A stretch of 64,000 nt of DNA, from the IMG/VR virus record IMGVR_UViG_2921665137_000001, positions 1 through 64,000 of that record; one strand, written 5' to 3'. This document shows positions 9,130 to 16,973 of the stretch, in pieces. The translations under genes were made by a program, and so were the position numbers. The notes under the pieces are model-generated. The model worked only from the letters and a program-made list of their open reading frames with translations, was not told the DNA's origin and ran no database searches. Each line of letters starts with the position of its first letter. Position 1 is the first letter of the stretch. Source of the DNA: a virus.

Positions 9130-9336
9130 TCACCCTCCACATAAAACGTCGAATAGCCGATCACCAAAGAACCCAACCATCACCAGCGTCGCCAATCCCG
9201 CACCCGACAGGAAAATCAATACGCCGATAGCTAGGTCATCGGTGATATCAGGGTGACGGATTGGCTCGCGATTGATGCCGGCGACGTTTCGGACTACGCG
9301 GCCAGAGAGGCGACGTAGGAAATAGGGTCTTGTCAT
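9130..9336 (-). CDS. Small membrane protein (68 aa)
   Basis: Arg-rich N-terminus followed by a hydrophobic helix (IGVLIFLSGAGLATLVMVGFF). Confidence 0.35.
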   Translation of the reverse strand: MTRPYFLRRLSGRVVRNVAGINREPIRHPDITDDLAIGVLIFLSGAGLATLVMVGFFGDRLFDVLCGG

Positions 9337-9344
9337 GATCAGTC

Positions 9345-9767
9345 TCAGTCGGTGTAAGCGATGTACTTGAACTTGCCGCCGCCGAAGTAATCGAACCGGC
9401 CGCCAAAGGTGCCGCGTACTTTTTCCTCGACCTCTGCGCGCGTCATGTCAGGCGGGTAGACGCCTTCCTTAATCATCGAAGCGTTAGAGTGCGGCTTGCT
9501 GTGCCAATCGAGCTTGGTAGGATCAAGCGGGCGCGGACGCCATGCTTCATACACAAACGACTTCGTGTTCGTCGTCACCACATAGTCGTTAATGATTTCC
9601 TCTCTCGCTTCCCAGTCGCACTCCGGGCAATGGAGATACGTGCTTATGCATGCGCTGCATGGCGGAGAAATGTGGCAAGAGCAGTTGTCAGGCTTTGTGA
9701 ACTCGATTCGACCATCGCAGCCTTCTCGCCCGCACACCTCGCCTTCTTCATGGCCGATAGCGCTCAT
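9345..9767 (-). CDS. Cys-rich Zn-binding hypothetical protein
   Basis: Several CxxC / CPEC motifs. Start chosen at MSAIGHEEG. Confidence 0.5.
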   Translation of the reverse strand: MSAIGHEEGEVCGREGCDGRIEFTKPDNCSCHISPPCSACISTYLHCPECDWEAREEIINDYVVTTNTKSFVYEAWRPRPLDPTKLDWHSKPHSNASMIKEGVYPPDMTRAEVEEKVRGTFGGRFDYFGGGKFKYIAYTD

Positions 9768-9967
9768 CGCAACACCCCAAAAATACGATCGAAAAGTGTG
9801 TCGACTTCGCGCAGGCATTTATCGTCGCGGAATGCCTCGAAGTCTTCCCATTCGGCTGCGCGCTCGTATTCCGTTAGCGGCTCGACCGGATCAAACGATT
9901 CTTCCTGCCTCTTGCGGTCCAGGCGCTCGAATTCGAGCCAAGCTCGCTGGTTTGCGTGCTGTCCCAT
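9764..9967 (-). CDS. Hypothetical protein (67 aa)
   Basis: ATG 9967 has a GGAG ribosome-binding site. The longer ORF begins with GTG. Acidic composition. Confidence 0.4.
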   Translation of the reverse strand: MGQHANQRAWLEFERLDRKRQEESFDPVEPLTEYERAAEWEDFEAFRDDKCLREVDTLFDRIFGVLR

Positions 9968-10135
9968 GATTTGCACTCCGTAATGTTTTTGAAGGTTTCT
10001 CGCCTTCAGCGGATGACGCTGCGACACAGGCTATCGGTGTAGTCGTCGCAAGGCTAGCCAGGCACTCACGGGCTCCGGTTAAGGCGCAGTGCCATCCGTT
10101 GAAGGCCCCGGTTTAAGCGCCGGGTCCGCTCTAAA

Positions 10136-10276
10136 TCACTGCCACCACTCGTGGCCTTCGCCCTGGCAATGGTCACACTCCATCAGGCCATCGCTGAAGT
10201 CATCGCGACCAGATCCGCCGCACTTCGGACAGAAGCCACCATTTGCGGGCTCGTCGAGGTCTTCGTCATCGTCCAT
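10136..10276 (-). CDS. Small Zn-ribbon protein (46 aa)
   Basis: CPKCGGSG...CDHCQGEGH motifs. It lies immediately after the stop of the 10278..10655 gene. Confidence 0.4.
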   Translation of the reverse strand: MDDDEDLDEPANGGFCPKCGGSGRDDFSDGLMECDHCQGEGHEWWQ

Positions 10277-10277
10277 G

Positions 10278-10655
10278 TCAGTCGTACCAGCCGGAGCGCT
10301 CAAGTTCCTCTTCGGCCTCCTCGTTCTGTCGCCGGATGCATGCGCCGCACACGTCATACAGCCGGCCATACGAGCCTTCCTCGTAGTCGCGGCGCGGGCG
10401 CAAGTCGGTCGCCTGCCGTCCGCACCAGTCACAGACACCGGTCGCGCGCTCGGCGGCCGTCTCGGCCATTTCGCGCTTATAGGCGGCGTGGCACTCGTCG
10501 CACATGTCGATCAACTCGCAGCCGAACGAGTCGGTTTCACCCTGCACGCGGTGCATTGCTGGGCGGTCGGAATGGTCATCGCACATCACGCCATCTGGCA
10601 CGGCATGGTGCGCGCCAGGTAGCGTGCTTATCGGTCCAGTAACTTCAGCCATCAT
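10278..10655 (-). CDS. Cys/His-rich hypothetical protein (125 aa)
   Basis: CDECH, CDWCG and CGAC motifs. Acidic C-terminus. Confidence 0.5.
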   Translation of the reverse strand: MMAEVTGPISTLPGAHHAVPDGVMCDDHSDRPAMHRVQGETDSFGCELIDMCDECHAAYKREMAETAAERATGVCDWCGRQATDLRPRRDYEEGSYGRLYDVCGACIRRQNEEAEEELERSGWYD

Positions 10656-10791
10656 TGCTCCCTCAATCGTTTAATCCCGCGTTGCTCGATTTCATCCCTG
10701 CGATCCGTGAGGGCGGCAGCCTTAAGCATCGGCCAGACAACGACCGCCATCGCCAGGGCGAACAGGCCGTAGATCGTGAAAATGGTTGAGA

Positions 10792-11112
10792 TCATGGCTG
10801 GCCCTTCGCGTGTTCGCGCAGCCTCGCCTCAATCGAAGCGATGTGCTGTCTCATGGAATCCACGCGGGCTGCGTATAGTTTCTTGACGCCCAGCATCACC
10901 ATTTCAGTTCCGCGAATCGCGATGGCAGCGTAGTTGCGTCCATGGTCGATTTCTGCGAGGCCGAAAGAACGCCCCTTCTCGCCGATCCGAACGTGGACCG
11001 TCTGCTGATGGCCGCTCAGGTTCAGCAGCGACGCTTCATATTCCAGCATGTCTAGATCGGAACGCGCCTTGTCAAGCGCCTCGGCCAATTTCACGATGTT
11101 CTGTGTGTTCAT
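10792..11112 (-). CDS. Hypothetical protein (106 aa)
   Basis: Clean ORF. No family recognised. Confidence 0.5.
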   Translation of the reverse strand: MNTQNIVKLAEALDKARSDLDMLEYEASLLNLSGHQQTVHVRIGEKGRSFGLAEIDHGRNYAAIAIRGTEMVMLGVKKLYAARVDSMRQHIASIEARLREHAKGQP

Positions 11113-11119
11113 TTCATCC

Positions 11120-11329
11120 TCAGCAAATAATCAACCCTTCAGCCTCGGCCGCCGCAGTGCGCTTTGCCGATTCCCAGCAAGGTTCGCAGCTGGCAAGCGA
11201 CAGTGACCAGCTGGGCCAATAGGATTTACAGGAACGCGCTTCGACACCCTCGCGCAATGTCTTGCACTCATCGCACAGGTCCAGAACACGCACCGTCATC
11301 TGGCGATTGCGGAATTGGTCATCAGTCAC
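11120..11329 (-). CDS. Small Cys-containing protein (69 aa)
   Basis: CDECK...CKSYWPSWS...CEPCW. ATGA-coupled to the next gene. Confidence 0.4.
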   Translation of the reverse strand: MTDDQFRNRQMTVRVLDLCDECKTLREGVEARSCKSYWPSWSLSLASCEPCWESAKRTAAAEAEGLIIC

Positions 11330-11652
11330 GGCAAAACCCTCCCAGTAGCCGCCTGCACAAACTCACGCATGATTTCCAGTGCAAGCGATTCATTACCGAC
11401 ATACAGAGCGTCAAAGATGCGAGGAATGGTGGTTTCGTCAGCGCCGACCGGCTTCAATCCGCGACGAACGATTTCCTGCTCAAGCTCGCACGTCTCGAAA
11501 TCCATCAGGTCAACGTCTACGTGGACGTATGGCATCGCTCCCTCACTGCAAACAAACCTGGCTGTAATCGACACTGCGGACCAGAATCGAGTTGACGTAC
11601 TGGTCGTAGTGATTGGCAAAACGCAGGATGTAATTGCTGATCTTCGGGGCAT
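11326..11652 (-). CDS. Hypothetical protein (108 aa)
   Basis: An AGGAGA ribosome-binding site lies upstream of ATG 11652. Confidence 0.55.
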   Translation of the reverse strand: MPRRSAITSCVLPITTTSTSTRFWSAVSITARFVCSEGAMPYVHVDVDLMDFETCELEQEIVRRGLKPVGADETTIPRIFDALYVGNESLALEIMREFVQAATGRVLP

Positions 11653-12443
11653 AGGCCCGGAAGCCGTAATCGCTGTAGAACATGATGGTCTCCTGAAGGA
11701 GTACTAATCGCGCCACATAAAGCAGCGCTCCGGGTAATCTTTGGTGCAGTGTTTACGGAGGCGCGCTGTGCTATGCAGGGAGCTATCTACTGGTGTTTCC
11801 TGCCGTAAGAACCGGGGCTAATATCCACCGGGCCAGCAGGCCTTACGCCGATTTACTATGCGGGGAACACAACACGCTTTCGTGAAAACTGCCTCTTCGG
11901 ACCCGTCCGGCTACACCCAACTTGGCTGGCTCCGGCTCAGGTCCGTGTTACCCCGCAACGATCACCCGAATCCTGTTCCGGCGACTGTTGCGGTTGCCCC
12001 GATTACTACGCGATCGGCGGCCCCTCCTTGGTTCGCGCCCCTTGCGGGGAATGGTTGCGTTGTTCTGCTTTCTCGCGTCGACCATGACGACAACGGCTCG
12101 ACAGATATCTCCGGTGTTCTGGCCTTACGTGTCGTGCGCTATAACAGTGATAAAGAACCTCTTGCCCTACCAGGCGACGCCATGCGCCTGTGTTCCTCTA
12201 CTGCGGCACTTCTACTGCTCTGGTGGTATGGGGCCAGTGCTGATCTCTGGCTTGCTGGATGGCACTAAACCAGCCCTTGTACGCGTCTACTATCCGTATC
12301 TACCATCTATGTCCGCTCGGTCTGCAACTCCATACATGCACAGCAGCCGGATTCATCTCGGTGCGCATCAGCCTGCGCATTCCCATCCCATCAGAACAGT
12401 TACAGCCCGTAGCCGCGATACTCTGCGGCGTTGGTTTCGACCT

Positions 12444-12866
12444 TTATGCTTCTTCTTTCGCGCAGAACTCGCCAAAGTCCTTCACATTGCCCTCAAACAG
12501 CGTTCCGCTATAAGAGTCCACCTTGACGGCGATACCCGGCTCCGCGTCGCTGCCGAATGCCTTATTGGTGACGATCACGTGATACGTGTAGTCCTGACCA
12601 ACATCCGCCGCTTCGACCGGATAGATGTAAATGCCGCCGATACCATCCTTGAAGTGGGCGATCATCTGCGCAGAGAGGCAACCCGCGCCGTTAGCTGCTT
12701 CGCCGGCCTTCTCGCCCGAAATGCCGTTGATGATCTTCATGTCCTTCATGAACTCGAACAGCGCGGCACCGTGGCCGGACGGGTAGCCGTCGAACTGGCG
12801 ATACATGTTGACGAGCTTTTCGCCGTCAGAAGTTGTTACGAACGTCAAAGACCGCGTGCCCATCAT
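12444..12866 (-). CDS. Hypothetical protein (140 aa)
   Basis: An AAGGAG ribosome-binding site lies 6 nt upstream of ATGATG at 12866. Gly-rich globular composition. Confidence 0.6.
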   Translation of the reverse strand: MMGTRSLTFVTTSDGEKLVNMYRQFDGYPSGHGAALFEFMKDMKIINGISGEKAGEAANGAGCLSAQMIAHFKDGIGGIYIYPVEAADVGQDYTYHVIVTNKAFGSDAEPGIAVKVDSYSGTLFEGNVKDFGEFCAKEEA

Positions 12867-13045
12867 TAGCTCCTTAATATTGTTTGTGATGCAAATCGGT
12901 ACTGCGTTTAGCAATGCGCCCCAATCAACTCCCCAGCCATCTCCCTCACAAGAGCGCCAACGTCTTCGCAGTCGAGGAGGCCGATGGCGCACAATAAGGC
13001 TCGAGCGAGTGAGGACATTTCGGTTCCTTGGTTAGGGGTTGATCT

Positions 13046-13438
13046 TTAGGCATCCGCGACCAATGCCATGCCGTACATGTCAACGCCGAGCCGATATAAC
13101 TCGTCCTCTCCGGTGACAACGCGTTCCGAGAAAACGCAGATGCCTTCTGCATCGGATGCGTAGAGGCGAAACGCGTACTGCGAAATCCACACGACTGTGT
13201 CGGGCAGCTTGCGGCCGGTATGCTTCAGAACTGCAGCCTTGACGTGCTCGGTTTTGGCGACTTTGGCATTCCATGCGGCCACGGCAGCATCCGTTTCCGG
13301 CAACGATTCCATGCCAGCGAACTCGCCGAATTCAAAATGCGCTTGCTCCCAGGCTACGAAGATGTCGGCGTGGCCAACCATCTTTACCCACGCGCCATCG
13401 CTGAAGGTCACTTTCCAAACTCGGCGGTCTGCGTTCAT
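13046..13438 (-). CDS. Hypothetical protein (130 aa)
   Basis: Clean ORF with protein-like composition. Confidence 0.55.
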   Translation of the reverse strand: MNADRRVWKVTFSDGAWVKMVGHADIFVAWEQAHFEFGEFAGMESLPETDAAVAAWNAKVAKTEHVKAAVLKHTGRKLPDTVVWISQYAFRLYASDAEGICVFSERVVTGEDELYRLGVDMYGMALVADA

Positions 13439-13545
13439 GTCCGTCTCCTAGGTTCGGTGGGTGGTGCGTGTTCGGTGCTGCGACTCAGTAATTCCAGTGT
13501 ATGTCGCTAAACATTTTTCGTCAAGTAACCTAAACCTAAAAGACG

Positions 13546-13567
13546 AAAAAAATCCCGCCGAAGCGGG
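13546..13567 (-). terminator. Rho-independent terminator for the leftward transcript
   Basis: On the minus strand, CCCGCTTCGGCGGG hairpin followed by ATTTTTTT. Confidence 0.6.
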
Positions 13568-13582
13568 AGCGGTTGTGGATTT

Positions 13583-13774
13583 TTAGAACTCGTCGGCCAC
13601 CTCCGCAGCAAGATAGATGAACTCCGCGAGCCGTCGCACCTTCATCCGGCATTGCCGGCATTGCTCGGACTCCACGGGAACAACGTTCTGTTTTGCGGGG
13701 ATGATTTTACGTCTTGCTTCGCGAACAACTTCTAACGGCACGATCAGTGCGCTAGCGTTATTTTCCTCGCCCAT
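13583..13774 (-). CDS. Small protein (63 aa), first gene of the leftward operon
   Basis: ATG 13774 with an AGGGG ribosome-binding site. The longer ORF begins with TTG. Contains CRQCRMK. Confidence 0.4.
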   Translation of the reverse strand: MGEENNASALIVPLEVVREARRKIIPAKQNVVPVESEQCRQCRMKVRRLAEFIYLAAEVADEF

Positions 13775-13920
13775 GAGAACCCCTCGAATTATGGACAAGC
13801 ATTGAACTTTGGCCGCCAACTTACAGTTGGTCAGACATTATTCAGCAGCGCGCAAACGTTAAACTATAGGGTAAACCCTTGGTAAGGGTATTCTTACTTA
13901 GAATTTAACGTCATAAAGAG

Positions 13921-14454
13921 TTATGAAGAATGCTCTTTTTTGATGGGTAATCTTGTCTTGGGCCCGCGCAGAATGTGGGATATCTGACCGATGACGTGCT
14001 CACGTTCCTCGCCACCCGCCTTGTCGATCTTGCTCAAAGACTCCACGATAGCGCGCATTTCGGACGTTAAATAGTCAAGACGCGCCATTTTTTGCGCTTC
14101 TTTGAGCCGGTGGACTAGCGCTGTTATCGCCTGTGCGAGTTCAGCCCATTGCGGGCCCATGCTTTCGACATCTTCGAGTTCGGCAAGAAGCCGGTTCAGG
14201 TCGGCGCTGCGCGGCTGGGCGACAAAAGTACTGTCCGGTCCCTTCTCCGGCGACTCTCCCCGCATCACCCAGCCAGGATTGTAGCCGTGGACGCGCGCGA
14301 TATTCCGTGCCGCGTCCAAGCTGATTGAAGCCGTAGTTCCCTTGAGCCATTGGCTTACAAGGCCCTTGCTCACCCCCGCATCGGCCGCCAGCTCGATCTG
14401 CTTGCGCTTCGTGTCCCGGATGATTTTCCGGATGCGCTCTGATAGTTCTTTCAT
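13921..14454 (-). CDS. CI-like phage repressor (XRE-family HTH) without an S24 peptidase domain
   Basis: N-terminal HTH (KQIELAADAGVSKGLVSQWLKG). The C-terminus is unrelated to LexA/S24. It is divergent from the cro-like gene. The transcript is probably leaderless, since TAGATT lies 5 nt upstream of the ATG. Confidence 0.8.
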   Translation of the reverse strand: MKELSERIRKIIRDTKRKQIELAADAGVSKGLVSQWLKGTTASISLDAARNIARVHGYNPGWVMRGESPEKGPDSTFVAQPRSADLNRLLAELEDVESMGPQWAELAQAITALVHRLKEAQKMARLDYLTSEMRAIVESLSKIDKAGGEEREHVIGQISHILRGPKTRLPIKKEHSS

Positions 14455-14544
14455 GTGTAGGAATCTAAACGAAAATTGGTTTAGGTATCTTGCTGTTTGA
14501 CGTTTAGGCGGCTATACTGCGGAAACGCATTCAGTGAGACAGTG
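14455..14544. promoter_or_regulatory. cI–cro divergent promoter/operator region
   Basis: Inverted repeat CTAAACgaaaattgGTTTAG and half-site CGTTTAGG. Rightward promoter TTGCTG-17-TATACT. Further TAAAC half-sites occur at 13503-13540 and 13860-13900. Confidence 0.6.
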
Positions 14545-14841
14545 ATGACCCTTTCCAAAGAACAAGCCATCAGGATTTTCGGCACACGCAAGGCGCTGTG
14601 TGCTGCGATGCGCCTGACTAATGCGCGCATTTCGCAATGGCCGGATCAACTCGACCAGAAGACCACGGACCTTGTTATTGGTGCGGCGGTGCGAGTCGGT
14701 AAGGCGATTCCGGAGGGCTTCTCGGCACCGATCACCGACAACGATGGCGGGATTGCTGAGCGCATCAAGACGGTGGACGACGCTCAGAACAATCCGGGTG
14801 GTACGAGTCGCAAGACCAGAGAGGCGCGGATGCAGCAGTAA
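14545..14841 (+). CDS. Cro-like / YdaS-family HTH regulator
   Basis: MTLSKEQAIRIFGTRKALCAAMRLTNARISQW is Cro/YdaS-like. Positioned downstream of the PR-like promoter. The start is chosen at the internal Met. Confidence 0.65.
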   Translation: MTLSKEQAIRIFGTRKALCAAMRLTNARISQWPDQLDQKTTDLVIGAAVRVGKAIPEGFSAPITDNDGGIAERIKTVDDAQNNPGGTSRKTREARMQQ

Positions 14842-14961
14842 CGATTCACGCATCAGCTGACGCGGACCGGCGTTAGTACTGCGAAAAGTAGTGGTTGAGT
14901 TAGGCATAACGGTTTTCATAGTTGTTGGATCGATAAGCCGCGTTAAGTGGCACTGCAGCAT

Positions 14962-14984
14962 GGGACGAATAGTCCCTTTTTTTG
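14962..14984 (+). terminator. tR1-like rho-independent terminator between cro and cII
   Basis: GGGACgaataGTCCC hairpin followed by TTTTTTT. Confidence 0.6.
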
Positions 14985-15069
14985 CGGTTTGGGGGATATC
15001 CAAGTGAGTTCAACTCTTTGTCGTCTGGTTGAGGATCAGCCAGAACTGCCTCTTTCAAGGAAGCCGGAA

Positions 15070-15432
15070 ATGATTGAGATGCCTATCGAGATGATCCGGG
15101 CAAAACGCAGCAAGGGCGCGGCCTTCACCCTTGCGTGCGATGCCAGCGGGCTCGAAGACAAAGAGATTGCCATGTCGCTCAACATCGATGCCGGCACGTT
15201 CTCCAAGATGAAGAAAGGCATGGCGACGCTCGACGCCGATCTGCTCGTGCAGTTCTGCAAGATCGTCGGCAACCAGATCTACCCCGAGTGGCTCGCCTAC
15301 CAGGTAGGTTGCACGCTGGTGATGATCCAGTCTGAAGCGGAGCGTCGCGCCGAAGAGGAGCGGGCAAAGCGCGAAGAGGCCGAGAAGGAAAACAAGCTGC
15401 TCCGTCAACTCTTGCAAGGAAAAGCAGCGTGA
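15070..15432 (+). CDS. CII-like transcriptional activator
   Basis: Small HTH protein (EIAMSLNIDAGTFSKMKKG) with a lambda CII-like architecture, downstream of cro. The start is chosen at MIEMPIEMI. Confidence 0.55.
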   Translation: MIEMPIEMIRAKRSKGAAFTLACDASGLEDKEIAMSLNIDAGTFSKMKKGMATLDADLLVQFCKIVGNQIYPEWLAYQVGCTLVMIQSEAERRAEEERAKREEAEKENKLLRQLLQGKAA

Positions 15433-16106
15433 ATGCTCTTATCCCCAATCTCGAACAAACGATGTCGAGCCGCGAAATCGCGGAACTGACTGGCAGCTCG
15501 CACGACAACGTACTCAAGACCGTCCGCGCGCTGGTCGAAAAGGGTGTCGTTTTCGGAAACGAGACCCCTTACGTTCACCCGCAGAACAAACAGACCTATT
15601 TCGAGTTCCATCTCAACTATCGCGACACGATGGTTGTGGTGTCCGGTTACAGCGTCGAATTGCGCGCCAAGATCATTGATCGCTGGCAAGAACTCGAGGC
15701 CAAGGTGGATCAACCCGCCATCAACCTCAACGACCCCGCATTCCTGCGCACTGCCCTGCTTCAGTACACCGAGAAGGTGATCGAATTGCAGCAGACGATC
15801 ACTGAACAGGCGCCGGCCGTCGAATTCGCTCACGCAGTCCGTAACACCGAGGACTCGATCAGCATTGGCGACATGGCGCGGCTGCTCGGAACCGGTCAGA
15901 ACCGCCTGTTCCGGCGCCTGCGTGATGACCACATCCTCATGTCGAACAACCGCCCGTATCAGCAATACCTCGACCGCGAATATTTCCGTGTGATCGAGAA
16001 CGTCTGGCGCGACTCCGAAGGCGAGACGCACCCGACATTCAAAACCGTCGTCACGGGTCGTGGGCAAGTCTATCTGCAACGCAAGTACGGCGCGGAGGCC
16101 GCATGA
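15429..16106 (+). CDS. Phage regulatory protein Rha (N-terminal) fused to a KilA-C antirepressor domain
   Basis: SSREIAELTGSSHDNVLKTVRAL matches the Rha family. The C-terminal half is ANT/KilAC-like. Confidence 0.75.
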   Translation: MNALIPNLEQTMSSREIAELTGSSHDNVLKTVRALVEKGVVFGNETPYVHPQNKQTYFEFHLNYRDTMVVVSGYSVELRAKIIDRWQELEAKVDQPAINLNDPAFLRTALLQYTEKVIELQQTITEQAPAVEFAHAVRNTEDSISIGDMARLLGTGQNRLFRRLRDDHILMSNNRPYQQYLDREYFRVIENVWRDSEGETHPTFKTVVTGRGQVYLQRKYGAEAA

Positions 16107-16426
16107 ACGTCAAACAAGGCGACCTGGCATTCATTGTCGGCGGCTCCAAGTTCGCCGGACGCATCGTGGAAGTCCTTTCGCGCGCACCGATTGGTGTTTC
16201 TTTCGCGCTTCCGGACGGGTTCACGCAATGCGCCCAGGAATATGAGTGGGTGATCAAGTTTGTGGGCTCTCCGGTAGATGCTCCTGTGGGGCTGAATGGT
16301 CAATACATGCGCTCACGGAAAGCCTTCTATGGATGCGCCCCGGATCGCAAGCTTCGCCCTATCAACGGTGTTCCGGTCGATGAAGACGTCACCGAGGACA
16401 TGAAGGAACCATCATGCGCGGATTAA
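16103..16426 (+). CDS. Hypothetical protein (107 aa)
   Basis: ATGA overlap with the Rha gene. Confidence 0.5.
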   Translation: MNVKQGDLAFIVGGSKFAGRIVEVLSRAPIGVSFALPDGFTQCAQEYEWVIKFVGSPVDAPVGLNGQYMRSRKAFYGCAPDRKLRPINGVPVDEDVTEDMKEPSCAD

Positions 16427-16502
16427 TCGTTTTCGCCTCCCTTGCACTACTCCTGACTCTTCTGGCGTGGGTAGTGGGAGTTGTGCATCAGGTGTGTGCG
16501 CT

Positions 16503-16673
16503 ATGAATGCCGACCAAGCCCGCGAGCAGCGCATACAGGAACTCGGCGTGAAGCTGTGCGTCGCCGAGACGATCGAGGAACGCATTGCGCTCTGGAGCCA
16601 GCTACGCGCCGAAATAAAGGCTCGTACGCCGGCTCAAATAAAGCGCATGGAGTCGGACAAGGGGCTGAGATGA
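16503..16673 (+). CDS. Hypothetical small protein (56 aa)
   Basis: Helical charged protein. Followed by an ATGA-coupled 35-aa ORF at 16670..16777. Confidence 0.35.
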   Translation: MNADQAREQRIQELGVKLCVAETIEERIALWSQLRAEIKARTPAQIKRMESDKGLR

Positions 16674-16778
16674 AAACGGCGCTTAAGCGGTCTCTCATGT
16701 GGGCACACAACCATGCACTGGTGCCGGCGAGCATCGTGACATGGGCAATGAAGAAGTTTGACCTGAAGGAGTTCTGAG

Positions 16779-16964
16779 ATGGAAATGATGCAAATCGAAG
16801 TCACGACCGATGAAGCCGGTTACCTGTTCCTTTCGCAACAGGATGGGGATGAGGGCCAAATTGTCTGCCTGCACCCTGACCAGGTGCCTCTCGTGTGCGA
16901 ATGGATGATGCAGGCCATTGGCGCCAAAACTGAAATTCGTGAGTCGACGCGGTTTGAAAACTAA
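16779..16964 (+). CDS. Hypothetical small acidic protein (61 aa)
   Basis: Clean ORF immediately upstream of the replication initiator gene. Confidence 0.4.
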   Translation: MEMMQIEVTTDEAGYLFLSQQDGDEGQIVCLHPDQVPLVCEWMMQAIGAKTEIRESTRFEN

Positions 16965-16973
16965 GGCGGTCGT

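Noticed and set aside
12139-12443. Possible group II intron 5' end (GTGCGC at 12139)
   Set aside because: Only about 300 nt to the next gene. No recognisable domain V/VI and no IEP. A single GUGCG match is insufficient.
11858-12869. Plus-strand ORFs of 136, 315 and 84 aa spanning the ORF-free region
   Set aside because: Extreme Arg/Leu/Pro bias. Wrong strand relative to the operon. No ribosome-binding site. Treated as artefacts, and the region is reported as candidate ncRNA instead.
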